Assembly: GCA_963843145.1 (NCBI GenBank)
Contig: CAWJJC010000002.1
Location: 1-64,000, forward strand
From: an uncultured delta proteobacterium
Lineage (GTDB): Bacteria; Desulfobacterota; RBG-13-43-22
Length of the DNA stretch: 64,000 nt
Direction of reading: 5' to 3'
Part shown: positions 30,177-39,473 of the stretch, piece after piece
Layout of the letters: each line of letters starts with the position of its first letter
Numbering within the stretch: position 1 is the first letter of the stretch
Program-made: the position numbers and the translations under genes
The notes under the pieces: model-generated
Seen by the model: only the letters and a program-made list of their open reading frames with translations
Told to the model about the DNA's origin: nothing
Database searches by the model: none

Positions 30177-31430
30177 ATGCGAATAACCCTCCTTCGCGGC
30201 GCCTTTTTTGTCTTCCTTCTTCTTTCTTCGGCGGCCATCCTTTACACGACGGGCCAGAACATCCGGATGGCCGAAAGTCTGGCCGATCAGGCCCTGGAGA
30301 GCACCGCCCTGTCCCTTTCCACCTCGGCGGAAGTGGAACTGCGGGCCGGTCATGGCCAGGTCGGCGATCATATGCAGCAGCTTTTTTCGGATCGGGTGGT
30401 GGCCTACGCCTTGATCGCCCATGAGGATGGAAAAATACTGTTTCATACCAACCCTTACCTGGTAGGATCGCTCTTGGACGAAAAAGGGCTTGGTGATTGG
30501 CTTAAATCCGGCAAAGCCTCCGGGGGACGGATCACCCTTAAAACCGGACTGCCCGCCTATCAGTTCAATTACCCCCTGCACCGCCCAAACGGCCAAACCG
30601 AATTGCTGCGTCTGGTGCTGCAGACCACCCCGGCCGACCGGATCATCAGTCGGACCCAGCGAATGTGGTGGCCGGTGGGGTTGGTCCTGGGGATCCTCTG
30701 GACCCTGGGGATCCTCTTCGAGCGGCTGGTCATCCGCCAGTTCCGACTACGGGAGGAGCTGGATAAAAAGGAGCGGATGGCCTTGATCGGCCAGATGACC
30801 GCGGTCCTGGCCCATGAGATCCGCAATGCGCTGGGCGGCATTAAAGGCTATGCCCAATGGATCGGCGAAAAAATGGATCCTTCGGATCCCAAAAAGGCAG
30901 GGGTGGGTTTCGTACTCAAGGGCACCGATCGGATCGAATCCCTGGTCAATGACCTCTTGCTCTTCTCGCGCGACGAGACCTATGCGCTCATTCCCCTGGA
31001 ACCCGATCCCCTGATCCGCGAGGCCCTGGCCCAGGAAGCCTCTTTTTGGGAAGGGCGGGTCGATCTCGCGGTGGAATCGGGGACAGTGTTCCGGGGCGAT
31101 CGGGAAAAAATGGTCCGGGTCCTGGTGAATGGCATCCAGAACGCCTTGCAGTCCATGGGCCGTGACGGAACCCTGCGCCTGACGGTCCGTTTGGAAGGCC
31201 GCTGGGTAGAGATCCGCATCGAGGATTCCGGGCCGGGGATCCCGAAAGGAGAGCTTCCCTTACTGTTTGTCCCTTTTCATACCAGCAAAACGAACGGGAC
31301 GGGATTGGGGCTGGCTTATTCCAAAAAGATAATCGAGGGCCTGAGAGGGACCATCACGCTCTCTAATCGGCCGGAAGGACCGGGCGCCTGTTTGTCGATT
31401 CGGCTCCCCCGGGCAGAAAGGAACGGATGA
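30177..31430 (+). CDS. Membrane sensor histidine kinase
   Basis: Two TM helices, LAHEIRN, DSGPG and GTGLGL. Confidence 0.92.
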   Translation: MRITLLRGAFFVFLLLSSAAILYTTGQNIRMAESLADQALESTALSLSTSAEVELRAGHGQVGDHMQQLFSDRVVAYALIAHEDGKILFHTNPYLVGSLLDEKGLGDWLKSGKASGGRITLKTGLPAYQFNYPLHRPNGQTELLRLVLQTTPADRIISRTQRMWWPVGLVLGILWTLGILFERLVIRQFRLREELDKKERMALIGQMTAVLAHEIRNALGGIKGYAQWIGEKMDPSDPKKAGVGFVLKGTDRIESLVNDLLLFSRDETYALIPLEPDPLIREALAQEASFWEGRVDLAVESGTVFRGDREKMVRVLVNGIQNALQSMGRDGTLRLTVRLEGRWVEIRIEDSGPGIPKGELPLLFVPFHTSKTNGTGLGLAYSKKIIEGLRGTITLSNRPEGPGACLSIRLPRAERNG

Positions 31431-32758
31431 TGGGCAAGTCTATTCTGGTGGTTGAAGACGATGAAGTGCTGCGGTCGTTCCTGACCACCATTCTGAAGGA
31501 AGACGGCTATCGGATCGCCGAGGCCCGAAACGGTCAGGAGGGCTTGGAAAAGTTACTGGCCGGGACCTATGATCTGGTAATCACCGATCTGCGGATGCCC
31601 GGTCTCTCCGGACTGGATTTGCTGTTGACCGGTAAAAAGGAAAAACCGGAAACCCGATGGATTATCATGACCGCCTACGGTTCCATCGACAATGCCGTGG
31701 AGGCCATGAAGGCCGGGGCTTCGGATTACCTGACCAAGCCTTTTCGTGACCCTGAGGAATTGCGGCATGTCATCCGGAGAGTGCTGAAGGAAGCCGAGGC
31801 GGAACAGACCATTTCGTTGCTTTCCGAGGAATTGGGAAAACAGTTCCCTCCGACCGCGATGATTTTTCTGGGCGAGAAGATGCAGGAGGTTCAGCGTCTG
31901 GTCCAGGAGGTGGCCCCCACTCCGGCCAGTGTTTTGATCAGCGGCCCCAGTGGAACGGGCAAGGAATTGGTCGCTCGCTTGATTCACCAATTGAGCCCGC
32001 GTAAAGCCCGGCCTTTCATCGCCGTCCATTGCGCCGCCCTGGCGGAAACGCTCCTGGAAAGTGAACTCTTCGGCCACGAACGGGGGGCCTTCACCGGGGC
32101 GGTTGCCGCGCGCAAAGGGAGATTTGAATTGTCCGACGGAGGCACCATATTTTTGGATGAGATCGGAGAGATCCCCCCCTCCGTCCAGATAAAACTGCTC
32201 CGGGTCCTCCAGGAACAGGAATTTGAACGGGTGGGGGGAAGCCAAACGATTTCCGTGGACCTTCGAATTATTTCGGCCACCAATAAAGACCTGAAGGCGG
32301 AAACGGCCTCCGGTCGATTCCGGGATGATCTTTACTATCGGCTAAACGTCTTTCCCCTCAGTCTCCCTCCCTTGATAGAACGGCCGGAGGCGATTCTTCC
32401 TCTGGCGGACTATTTCCTGAAAAAATTCGCCACTGCCTTTGGTAAGCAGATCACCGGGTTCACTTCGACGGCCGCCTCGGCCTTGCGACAATATGAGTGG
32501 CCGGGAAATATCCGGGAGTTGCGGAATGTGATTGAACGGGCGGCAATCCTGGCTACTAAGGAGGTTGAGCCCCGTCATTTGAATATGGACTTCCAGACGG
32601 AAAAGGTCCTTCCCCATGAGGGGCTGTTGCAGGCCGGGGAGCGGGAGTTGATTTCCAAAGTATTAAATGAGACCGGAGGAAATCGGAAGGCGGCCGCACA
32701 AAAGCTGGGGATTTCCCTGCGGACCCTGCAATACCGAATCAAGGAGTACGGACTTTAG
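31427..32758 (+). CDS. Sigma54-dependent response regulator (NtrC/ZraR type)
   Basis: Receiver domain, GPSGTGKE, GAFTGA, WPGNIREL and Fis HTH. Confidence 0.95.
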   Translation: MMGKSILVVEDDEVLRSFLTTILKEDGYRIAEARNGQEGLEKLLAGTYDLVITDLRMPGLSGLDLLLTGKKEKPETRWIIMTAYGSIDNAVEAMKAGASDYLTKPFRDPEELRHVIRRVLKEAEAEQTISLLSEELGKQFPPTAMIFLGEKMQEVQRLVQEVAPTPASVLISGPSGTGKELVARLIHQLSPRKARPFIAVHCAALAETLLESELFGHERGAFTGAVAARKGRFELSDGGTIFLDEIGEIPPSVQIKLLRVLQEQEFERVGGSQTISVDLRIISATNKDLKAETASGRFRDDLYYRLNVFPLSLPPLIERPEAILPLADYFLKKFATAFGKQITGFTSTAASALRQYEWPGNIRELRNVIERAAILATKEVEPRHLNMDFQTEKVLPHEGLLQAGERELISKVLNETGGNRKAAAQKLGISLRTLQYRIKEYGL

Positions 32759-32763
32759 TACTC

Positions 32764-32800
32764 GTGCAACTCTTGCGAGGTCAGGTGCAAAAGCTGCATT
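32764..32800 (+). promoter_or_regulatory. Candidate enhancer sites for the sigma54 activator
   Basis: Two tandem dyads, gtgcaactcttgcg and gtgcaaaagctgca, ~100 bp upstream of the sigma54 promoter. Confidence 0.5.
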
Positions 32801-32883
32801 TTCTTGAGAGGATTTTCGCGCCTCAATGGGCGGGTTAACTAATAATAGTAACAATTTTAGTAAATTATATTACATTTTCCAGT

Positions 32884-32899
32884 TGGCACTCCTTTTGCT
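32884..32899 (+). promoter_or_regulatory. Sigma54 (-24/-12) promoter
   Basis: TGGCAC-tcctt-TTGCT, a consensus match. Confidence 0.8.
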
Positions 32900-32942
32900 C
32901 TTTATCTGGGTAAACATAAACCTGAATAAGGAGGAAAAAAAA

Positions 32943-33239
32943 ATGAAAAGCAAACTGATGGTTTCCCTGGCAGCCGGAGCGCTAATGATTACCACCGTCC
33001 TTCCGCTGGGCGTCCAGGCCGGAAGAGGGAACGGATCGATGAGGGGTGCCCAAGTGCAGACTCGTACTCAGACGCCGATCCAGCAACGCCTGCGCGACGG
33101 CTCTTGCATCAATCCGGTCGGTGCCCAGGCCGGCTCCGGACTGAGGAAGGGAAGGGGCTATGGCCCCGGTGACGGAACCGGTAACAGGGGCGTACGCCCC
33201 CTGGATGGCAGCGGATACGGCGCGCCGGTTAACCGGTAA
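32943..33239 (+). CDS. Small secreted Gly/Arg-rich protein
   Basis: SD AGGAGG, signal peptide ending VQA, motifs RLRDGSC and GPGDGTGN...PLDGSGYG. Confidence 0.8.
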   Translation: MKSKLMVSLAAGALMITTVLPLGVQAGRGNGSMRGAQVQTRTQTPIQQRLRDGSCINPVGAQAGSGLRKGRGYGPGDGTGNRGVRPLDGSGYGAPVNR

Positions 33240-33255
33240 GTTGTGCATCCCAGGC

Positions 33256-33299
33256 GCTGGAGCAAGGCGAACTCATCGCCCTGCTCCAGCCCTTTTATT
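33256..33299 (+). terminator. Rho-independent terminator
   Basis: gctggagca...tgctccagc followed by ccttttatt. Confidence 0.6.
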
Positions 33300-33319
33300 A
33301 GGATCGCTATGGTCAGGCC

Positions 33320-34268
33320 ATGCAAAATAAACGCCCCTACCGATTAGGTGAATACCGGATTACGGATTATGAAAATGGAAGGTTAACCTGGGAAGGACAC
33401 ATCGGTTTTGGAGTACAACAACGGGGGAATGGCTACATTCTGGGTGACGTACTTCTTCTTGGGCTGGCGAGCCAAGCAGAAAACGGTTTTTTGATCGGAG
33501 AGTTTCTTAACCATTTGAAAAAAATGGCGGTCTGGGAGAAAACCCGTTATTATTGCCATACTTCCGAATTATTGGAGACGGCGACCGGCCTGGGGCTGAG
33601 CGAAGATTTTCTAAACAGGGTTTCGTTTTTAGAGAAAATGACCCCCCGGGTTCTAAAACCCGGGATGTTCCGCCTGGGGAAATATCGGATCATCGTCACC
33701 GCCGACCATAAAGTAGTATGGCAAACGTCCGGTGGGGTTAATCGTGTCGTGGGTGGACCGGGCCGTGTCGAATCCGGCTTGCTCATCCTCGGCCCCCAGG
33801 AGGAAGACGAAGAAGGGCCAAGAAAACGGGATCTTCTGGATCAGTTAAGCCAGTTGCCTAAGTGGGATCCAAACCCAAGTCTGGTGCCGGGAATCCGTGT
33901 TGCGGGAATGCCGAGAGCCGCAACCGGCAGTCAGGTTCAAGGAACAGTTGAAAGTCCGAACCGCCGGGATAATGCGCGCCGCTAGGAAGGGGCCCGAGGC
34001 AATCCCGCAAAACCGATCCAAAGAAACCTTTAGACGATTTTTCACTTTTAACTGGAAGTCGTTAAAATCCTATTTGCCGCGGTTGCATTGGCCATTCCGT
34101 TTTCATGGTCGGAAACCAACCTGGCCCTGGCCGTTGGGAAAAAAATCTTGGTTGATTGGGCTGATCCTGTTGGTCTTATCCGGCCTGGTGTTTGGTATTG
34201 CGGTGACCTTCGAATCGTTGGAAAAAATGTGGGCTGGGTCTCATGGACATAAGAAACATCATCATTAG
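33320..34268 (+). CDS. Hypothetical protein with a tandemly duplicated domain, C-terminal TM and His-rich tail (one frameshift near 33869)
   Basis: Two repeats [YF]RLG.YRI...W...G...G.L.LG...L...W. Removing one C joins the 33320 and 33897 ORFs. Confidence 0.65.
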
Positions 34269-34429
34269 ACCTCTGGTAAGACGAGGAGATCCTGTTGCCG
34301 GTCCGATTCCATATTAGATTTCATGCCCGCGCGGGTATTCCGAGGCATGAACATCTGGATTGCCCGGCAAGAGGGTAGTCTGGATGAGCGAAGCGAGACC
34401 CGCAATCCATGGCCGATTAAGGCTCCAAG

Positions 34430-34650
34430 GCCCTGGATCCCGGATCGAGTCCGGGATGACGGCAAAAACAAAACGCCTAAAAAGCGGTGTTCGATTCTTA
34501 TTTACATACCAAAATCCCATACCCCTTGGGGCACCCACAAAGCATGAAAATCCAGGCTTGTCATCCTGAGCAACGCGAAGGATCTCGTCCTTCAAGGGCT
34601 AAGCTTTCCAGGGGGATTCTTCAGTCGCTCTGCTCCTTCAGAATGACAGT
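34430..34650. repeat. Cluster of GTC-type REP hairpins
   Basis: ctggatcccggatcgagtccgggatgac and gtcatcctgagc...ttcagaatgac. Confidence 0.7.
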
Positions 34651-35221
34651 TGCCGGTTATTTTCATATTAAACGGATAGGGAACAGGACGTCCGTCGTGG
34701 CCCTGCTCGCCCTGATGGGGGGAGTCTTTTTTTTCTTGATTATGGCGGGCTCCCTCAGGGCCGAGGAAAAGGATTCGATCTTCGGTGAGAGCGGCATTCA
34801 TTATCCGGGGGGGTTTGATTCGAATACGGTTGGTGAGGTACAGGGGAAAGCTTCACATTTCACCCGTCCTGAAAAGGGCCCGGTGTATTTTCAATTGACC
34901 TCGGGCCGTGAAAACTTTACTGTTTTGGCTTCCCCCGCCTGGTACTGGAACGATTCCCACCTTAAAGTCAGTGACGGAACGGAAGTGGTCATCCGGGGAT
35001 CCAAGTCCTACGGTAAAGACGGCCGTCTTTATATCATAGCCCAGGAAATACGCCTTCCGGCCACCGGCCAGACGGTGAGTCTTCGGGAGCCGAACGGGAT
35101 TCCCCTGTGGAAGGGCTCCGGACGTTCCTCCGGGGGAGGATCGGGGGGATTCGGTTCTTCTTCGGGCGGAAGAGGCGGGTTTGGAGGCGGCTTCGGCGGC
35201 GGAGGCCGAGGGCGGCGATAG
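34643..35221 (+). CDS. Exported OB-fold-like protein with Gly-rich tail (start uncertain)
   Basis: Hydrophobic signal ending LRA, GGFDSNTV..V.G, SPAWYW, V.IRGSK and GGFGGG tail. Confidence 0.65.
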   Translation: MTVAGYFHIKRIGNRTSVVALLALMGGVFFFLIMAGSLRAEEKDSIFGESGIHYPGGFDSNTVGEVQGKASHFTRPEKGPVYFQLTSGRENFTVLASPAWYWNDSHLKVSDGTEVVIRGSKSYGKDGRLYIIAQEIRLPATGQTVSLREPNGIPLWKGSGRSSGGGSGGFGSSSGGRGGFGGGFGGGGRGRR

Positions 35222-35232
35222 GCTGGAATCTA

Positions 35233-35288
35233 TAAATCCGAAATCGAAGCACGAAATTCGAAACAAGCACGAAGGTCCAAAATCCAAG
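35233..35288. repeat. Left arm of an AAATCCG-family repeat
   Basis: aaatccg aaatcg aagcacg aaattcg aaacaagcacgaaggtccaaaatcc, matching 8137-8215. Confidence 0.75.
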
Positions 35289-35298
35289 CAGGGATGAA

Positions 35299-35573
35299 TG
35301 GCGTGTACGAGTAAGTGTACGAGTAGGGACCCCACAATGAGCAAGCTGTTTGATCATGAGCATCTGAGAGTCTATCAGGGGGCAATAGAATTCTTAGCCT
35401 GGTTGGAAGGTGTGGTTCCGAACATCAAGAGAAGCATCTCCGCTCGTGATCATCTGGCCAGGGCTTCGTCCGGCGTTCCCGTGAACATCGCCGAGGCCAG
35501 CGGGAAGCTATCGGTGAACGAGCGGCGTCAATTCATCGACACCGCCTACTCGTACGCGTACTCGTACACGCCA
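35299..35573 (+). mobile_element. Hexamer-unit terminal inverted repeats enclosing a truncated four-helix-bundle gene
   Basis: 29-bp IR with 2 mismatches (tggcgtgtacgagtaagtgtacgagtagg / cctactcgtacgcgtactcgtacacgcca). Confidence 0.7.
35337..35549 (+). pseudogene. Four-helix-bundle protein (23S rRNA IVP / bAvd-like), 3' truncated
   Basis: FDHEHLRVYQ.A...RDHLARASSGVPVNIAEASGK...RRQFIDTAY; the expected GS..E helix is missing. Confidence 0.85.
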
Positions 35574-35681
35574 ATCTCTCTTGCAGCATTGGCAAAGGGG
35601 TCAGGCATGCACCGATTCAGGGCCAACAAATTCTGCGGCGGAGACATTTTGGGTTAGATTTATAGTAGAGAGGATTCATCC

Positions 35682-36524
35682 ATGAAAAACAAACGACCGA
35701 TGACGTTGGTTTTAGTGGTAGGAATTTTGTTGCTTCTTCAGTCCTTGGCCCTGGCCGGATGGGACTGGGAGACCGGAGGCAAAGCGGGATACGATTCCAA
35801 TCTTGATCGGGCGGTCCACAATCCCCAGGGAAGCGGTTATCTGGGCGCGTATTTCTCGGTTAACCGGGAACCGGAAGGGGAGTCCCGGTTGGACTGGATC
35901 TTTTCGGCTCTGGCGGATGGGGCGGTTTATCCCAATTTGAGCGATTTGAATTACGCGGCTTTTACCGTGGCGCCGGGCTTGGCCTATTATCTACACAAGG
36001 ATTGGAGTGTCGCCGTTTCACCTTTCCTGCAGGCTAAAAGCATCGCGGATGCCGATCAGTCGGCCCTGGCTTTCGGCGGGAAACTCCTGTTTAAACAAAA
36101 GTGGGGAGCTGGCTTTTACTCCGGCGAGTATTACTCTTATAAAGACAGTCGGGCGCAGGTGGATACTTATTCTTTTACCGAAAACACGCTGGGACTTTTT
36201 CTGGGGCGGAAATTGACGGCCAAAGCCTTTGGAGAGGTGGGGTATGAATTTTCCAGGGGAGATTCTTTTCGGGCGGTTAACCAATCGAAGGCTGACCCTA
36301 CTGCCAAAGGGAAGGGGATAGGAAGAGACCGCCGTTTTTCCCCGGCCTTTGGAACCGACGTGATCCGGGAAAATGTGGACCGTCATGCCCTGGGGTTGAA
36401 CGTGGGTTATGACTGGACCGCCGCCTTTTTTTCTTCAGCCGGCTATACCTACACTACCCTCCAGGGTGACTCAGGCAGCTCCAATGATCATGCCGTCTGG
36501 GCCAGCCTCGGCTACCGGTTTTAA
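35682..36524 (+). CDS. Outer-membrane beta-barrel protein
   Basis: Signal peptide, GYDSN, alternating beta strands and C-terminal LGYRF. Confidence 0.75.
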   Translation: MKNKRPMTLVLVVGILLLLQSLALAGWDWETGGKAGYDSNLDRAVHNPQGSGYLGAYFSVNREPEGESRLDWIFSALADGAVYPNLSDLNYAAFTVAPGLAYYLHKDWSVAVSPFLQAKSIADADQSALAFGGKLLFKQKWGAGFYSGEYYSYKDSRAQVDTYSFTENTLGLFLGRKLTAKAFGEVGYEFSRGDSFRAVNQSKADPTAKGKGIGRDRRFSPAFGTDVIRENVDRHALGLNVGYDWTAAFFSSAGYTYTTLQGDSGSSNDHAVWASLGYRF

Positions 36525-36546
36525 TCCAAGAATAGCTCCAGCCCGC

Positions 36547-36643
36547 GTCATTGCGAGCGGAGCGAAGCAATCCCCGTCCACAGCTTAGAGAAAGGCGGAA
36601 GCCAGTTGGGGGATTGCTTCGTCGCTCCACTCCTCGCAATGAC
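36547..36643. repeat. GTCATTGCGAG-type REP inverted pair
   Basis: gtcattgcgagcggagcgaagcaatcccc...ggggattgcttcgtcgctccactcctcgcaatgac. Related copy at 61427-61525. Confidence 0.8.
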
Positions 36644-36708
36644 GTTTTTTCCGGCGGGTCATTGTATTTTCAGGCTTCGGGGTTCCCGCCCCGGGCCAGA
36701 GGATTTAG

Positions 36709-36812
36709 TATGTAAATAAGACTCTATGACCTGCAAAAAGGCCAATAATCAATAATCAATTGATAATTAACAATTAACAATTGATTATTGATTATTGATA
36801 TCATTCGGTTAG
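36709..36812. repeat. AATAATC heptamer palindrome element, copy B (one extra unit)
   Basis: Same as copy A in reverse orientation, with an additional aattaac unit. Confidence 0.9.
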
Positions 36813-37001
36813 GGAGTTCTCTCGCCCCTTTTATTTGCCTCCATCACGGGTTCCCGCCCCGGGACTGCGGGTTCAAGAAGAAACCTCTCTTTCCTTCAGC
36901 CACGTTGTTTTTTAATTGAAAAGGCCGATTGACCGGTTTATTCTTGGGAACTCTGCGGCCGGGTTGGTTATTTTCCAAATCGGTTCGTGGGAGAGCACCC
37001 A

Positions 37002-37915
37002 ATGGATATAAAACAAAAAGCCTCTTTATTCGCCATAGGTTCCGCCTGTATTCTGGCCGGCAGTAAATTTTCCGCCGGACTGCTTTCCGGTTCCATGGCC
37101 GTGGCCTCCTCCGGGCTGGACAGTCTTTTAGACGTTTTTATGTCCGCCATGAATTTCTGGGCCATCCGCAAGGCCGCCGAGCCACCGGATCAAATCCATC
37201 AGTATGGCCACGGCAAAGCGGAGAACCTGGCCGCGGTGTTCCAGTCGGCGGTGATCATTTTTACCGGGTCCTGGATTATTTACCAGGCCGGGCAAAAATA
37301 TTTTCTCCAGACGGCGATCCATTATACCCGGCTTGATCTGGGGGTCATGGTCCTTTCCCTGGTTTTCAGTTTTTTTATCTCTCGGGTGCTGGGCCGGGTG
37401 GGTCGAAAAACGGAATCCGGCGCCCTCCAGGCCGATGCCCTTCATTATACCAGCGATCTCTATTCCAATTCCGCGGCGATCCTGGCCATCATCCTCACCT
37501 ATTACACCGGCCGGATGGCCTTTGATCTGCTTTTCGCCGCGGTGGTCGGCCTGATTATCCTGTTTTCCGCTTTGCAGATTTTAAAAAGCGGGTTGCTCGG
37601 CCTCATGGATACCCGGATTCCGGAGCCCCTGGAACGGCAAATCCTGGATATCCTCGGTCAACTTCATTTCCCTACGCCGGCTATCATAAATTGAGGACCC
37701 GGCTTTCCGGTAACCGAAAATATTTGGATTTTCATTTGTTTATTTGCCGGAAATTGAATATTGATGAAGCCCACGCCCAGACGGAAAAGACGAAAGATGC
37801 CATTATTGAACAGATACCCAACACCGACGTCCTGATTCATACCGAACCCTGCCCCTATACCTGCGAGCTGACCGATCTTACCTGTAGTGTAAAGAAAATT
37901 GAAGGAAGAGTTTGA
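37002..37915 (+). CDS. Cation diffusion facilitator (FieF-like), one frameshift near 37670
   Basis: GLDSLLD, HQYGHGKAE and ADALHYTSD; continues GYHKLRTR...DFHL...HTEPC. Confidence 0.88.
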
Positions 37916-38002
37916 CAAGTATTCCATCTTTTTGATAGAGTTTTTGCGAAGTTATCATCTAACCAAAAATATTGGAATTATGGGTTCACTGGAGGTGTTT
38001 CC

Positions 38003-39178
38003 ATGGAAGATTTAGGTCGTTTAGACCGCCTGCCCCCCTATGTTTTTGCCACGGTGACCGCTCTCAAGGCGGATCTGCGGCGCCAGGGGGAAGATATCAT
38101 TGATCTGGGGATGGGAAATCCGGATCTGGCTACTCCCAAACACATCGTGGATAAATTGCGGGAGGCCGCCCTGAAGGCCCCCAACCACCGCTATTCAGCT
38201 TCCAAGGGGATCACCAAACTGCGGATGGCTATCTGCGACTGGTATAAACGGCGGTACCAGGTGGAACTGGACCCGGAATCGGAGGCCATCGTCACCATCG
38301 GGGCCAAGGAGGGGATCTCCCACCTGGTCCTGGCCATCACCAAACCGGGAGACGTGGTCCTGGCCCCCAACCCGACGTATCCCATCCACCCCTTTTCGGC
38401 CATTATCGCCGGTGGGGATTTACGCAGCATCCCTTTGGGCCCGGACCGGGACTTTTTCGAAGACCTGCAGACGGCTATCCGGCAGACCTGGCCCAAGCCC
38501 AAGCTGCTGATTCTTTCGTTCCCCCACAATCCGACCACCGCGGTGGTGGACCTGGATTTTTTCAAGAAGGTGGTGGCCATCGCCCGGGAAAATCAGATCT
38601 GGGTCATCCATGACTTCGCCTACGCCGATCTGGTCTTCGACGGCTACAAGGCCCCCAGCTTGTTGCAGGTACCCGGGGCCAAGGAAATCGGGGTGGAGCT
38701 CTTTTCCCTGTCCAAGAGCTACAGCATGGCCGGTTGGCGGGTGGGTTTCGCGGTGGGCAATCCCCGCCTGATTTACGCCCTGACCCGGATCAAGAGCTAC
38801 CTGGATTACGGGGTCTTCCAGCCTATCCAAATCGCCGCGATCATCGCCCTGAACGGACCCCAGGAATGCGTCCAGGAAATCGTTTCCATTTATAAGGAAC
38901 GACGGGACGTCCTCATCCGGGGGTTGAATCGGATCGGCTGGAAGATCGAAAAGCCGAAGGGGACCATGTTTGTCTGGGCCAAAATCCCGGAGCCTTTTCG
39001 CGGCATGGGATCGGTGGAATTTTCCAAGTACCTGATCCGGGAAGGGAAGGTGGCCGTTTCCCCCGGTCGCGGCTTCGGGGACTTCGGGGATGATCACGTC
39101 CGTTTTGCCCTGGTGGAAAACCCCCATCGGATCAAACAGGCCCTGCGGGGGATTAAGACGGCGCTGAATAAGAAGTAA
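38003..39178 (+). CDS. alaC: PLP-dependent aminotransferase (AlaC/YfdZ type)
   Basis: [29 protein letters not shown] and KSYLDYG. Confidence 0.8.
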   Translation: MEDLGRLDRLPPYVFATVTALKADLRRQGEDIIDLGMGNPDLATPKHIVDKLREAALKAPNHRYSASKGITKLRMAICDWYKRRYQVELDPESEAIVTIGAKEGISHLVLAITKPGDVVLAPNPTYPIHPFSAIIAGGDLRSIPLGPDRDFFEDLQTAIRQTWPKPKLLILSFPHNPTTAVVDLDFFKKVVAIARENQIWVIHDFAYADLVFDGYKAPSLLQVPGAKEIGVELFSLSKSYSMAGWRVGFAVGNPRLIYALTRIKSYLDYGVFQPIQIAAIIALNGPQECVQEIVSIYKERRDVLIRGLNRIGWKIEKPKGTMFVWAKIPEPFRGMGSVEFSKYLIREGKVAVSPGRGFGDFGDDHVRFALVENPHRIKQALRGIKTALNKK

Positions 39179-39222
39179 GGGCGCGGAGCGCTAATCGTAA
39201 CGGATCCGTAAGCGATCCAAAA

Positions 39223-39290
39223 CCGTTCGCCCTGAGCTTGTCGAAGGGCAAACGATACGGCCATGCTTCGACAGGCTCAGCATGAACGGG
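39223..39290. repeat. REP-like inverted pair
   Basis: cgttcgccctgagcttgtcgaag...cttcgacaggctcagcatgaacg. Confidence 0.75.
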
Positions 39291-39473
39291 ATATCAGCGG
39301 TATTGTACAGCTTATTTTTGACCGGTTCTTGGCGTAAGAACTGAAAAGGAGAAGCCGGAAGGACGGCAAAGCATCAGGTATGGAAAGGCCCTATCGAAGG
39401 TCGTGTTTTTATCGTCTTATCGTTTTAACGCTCTGGCTTGCGCTAGCGCTTCGCCAATATCAAGGATGGAGCT

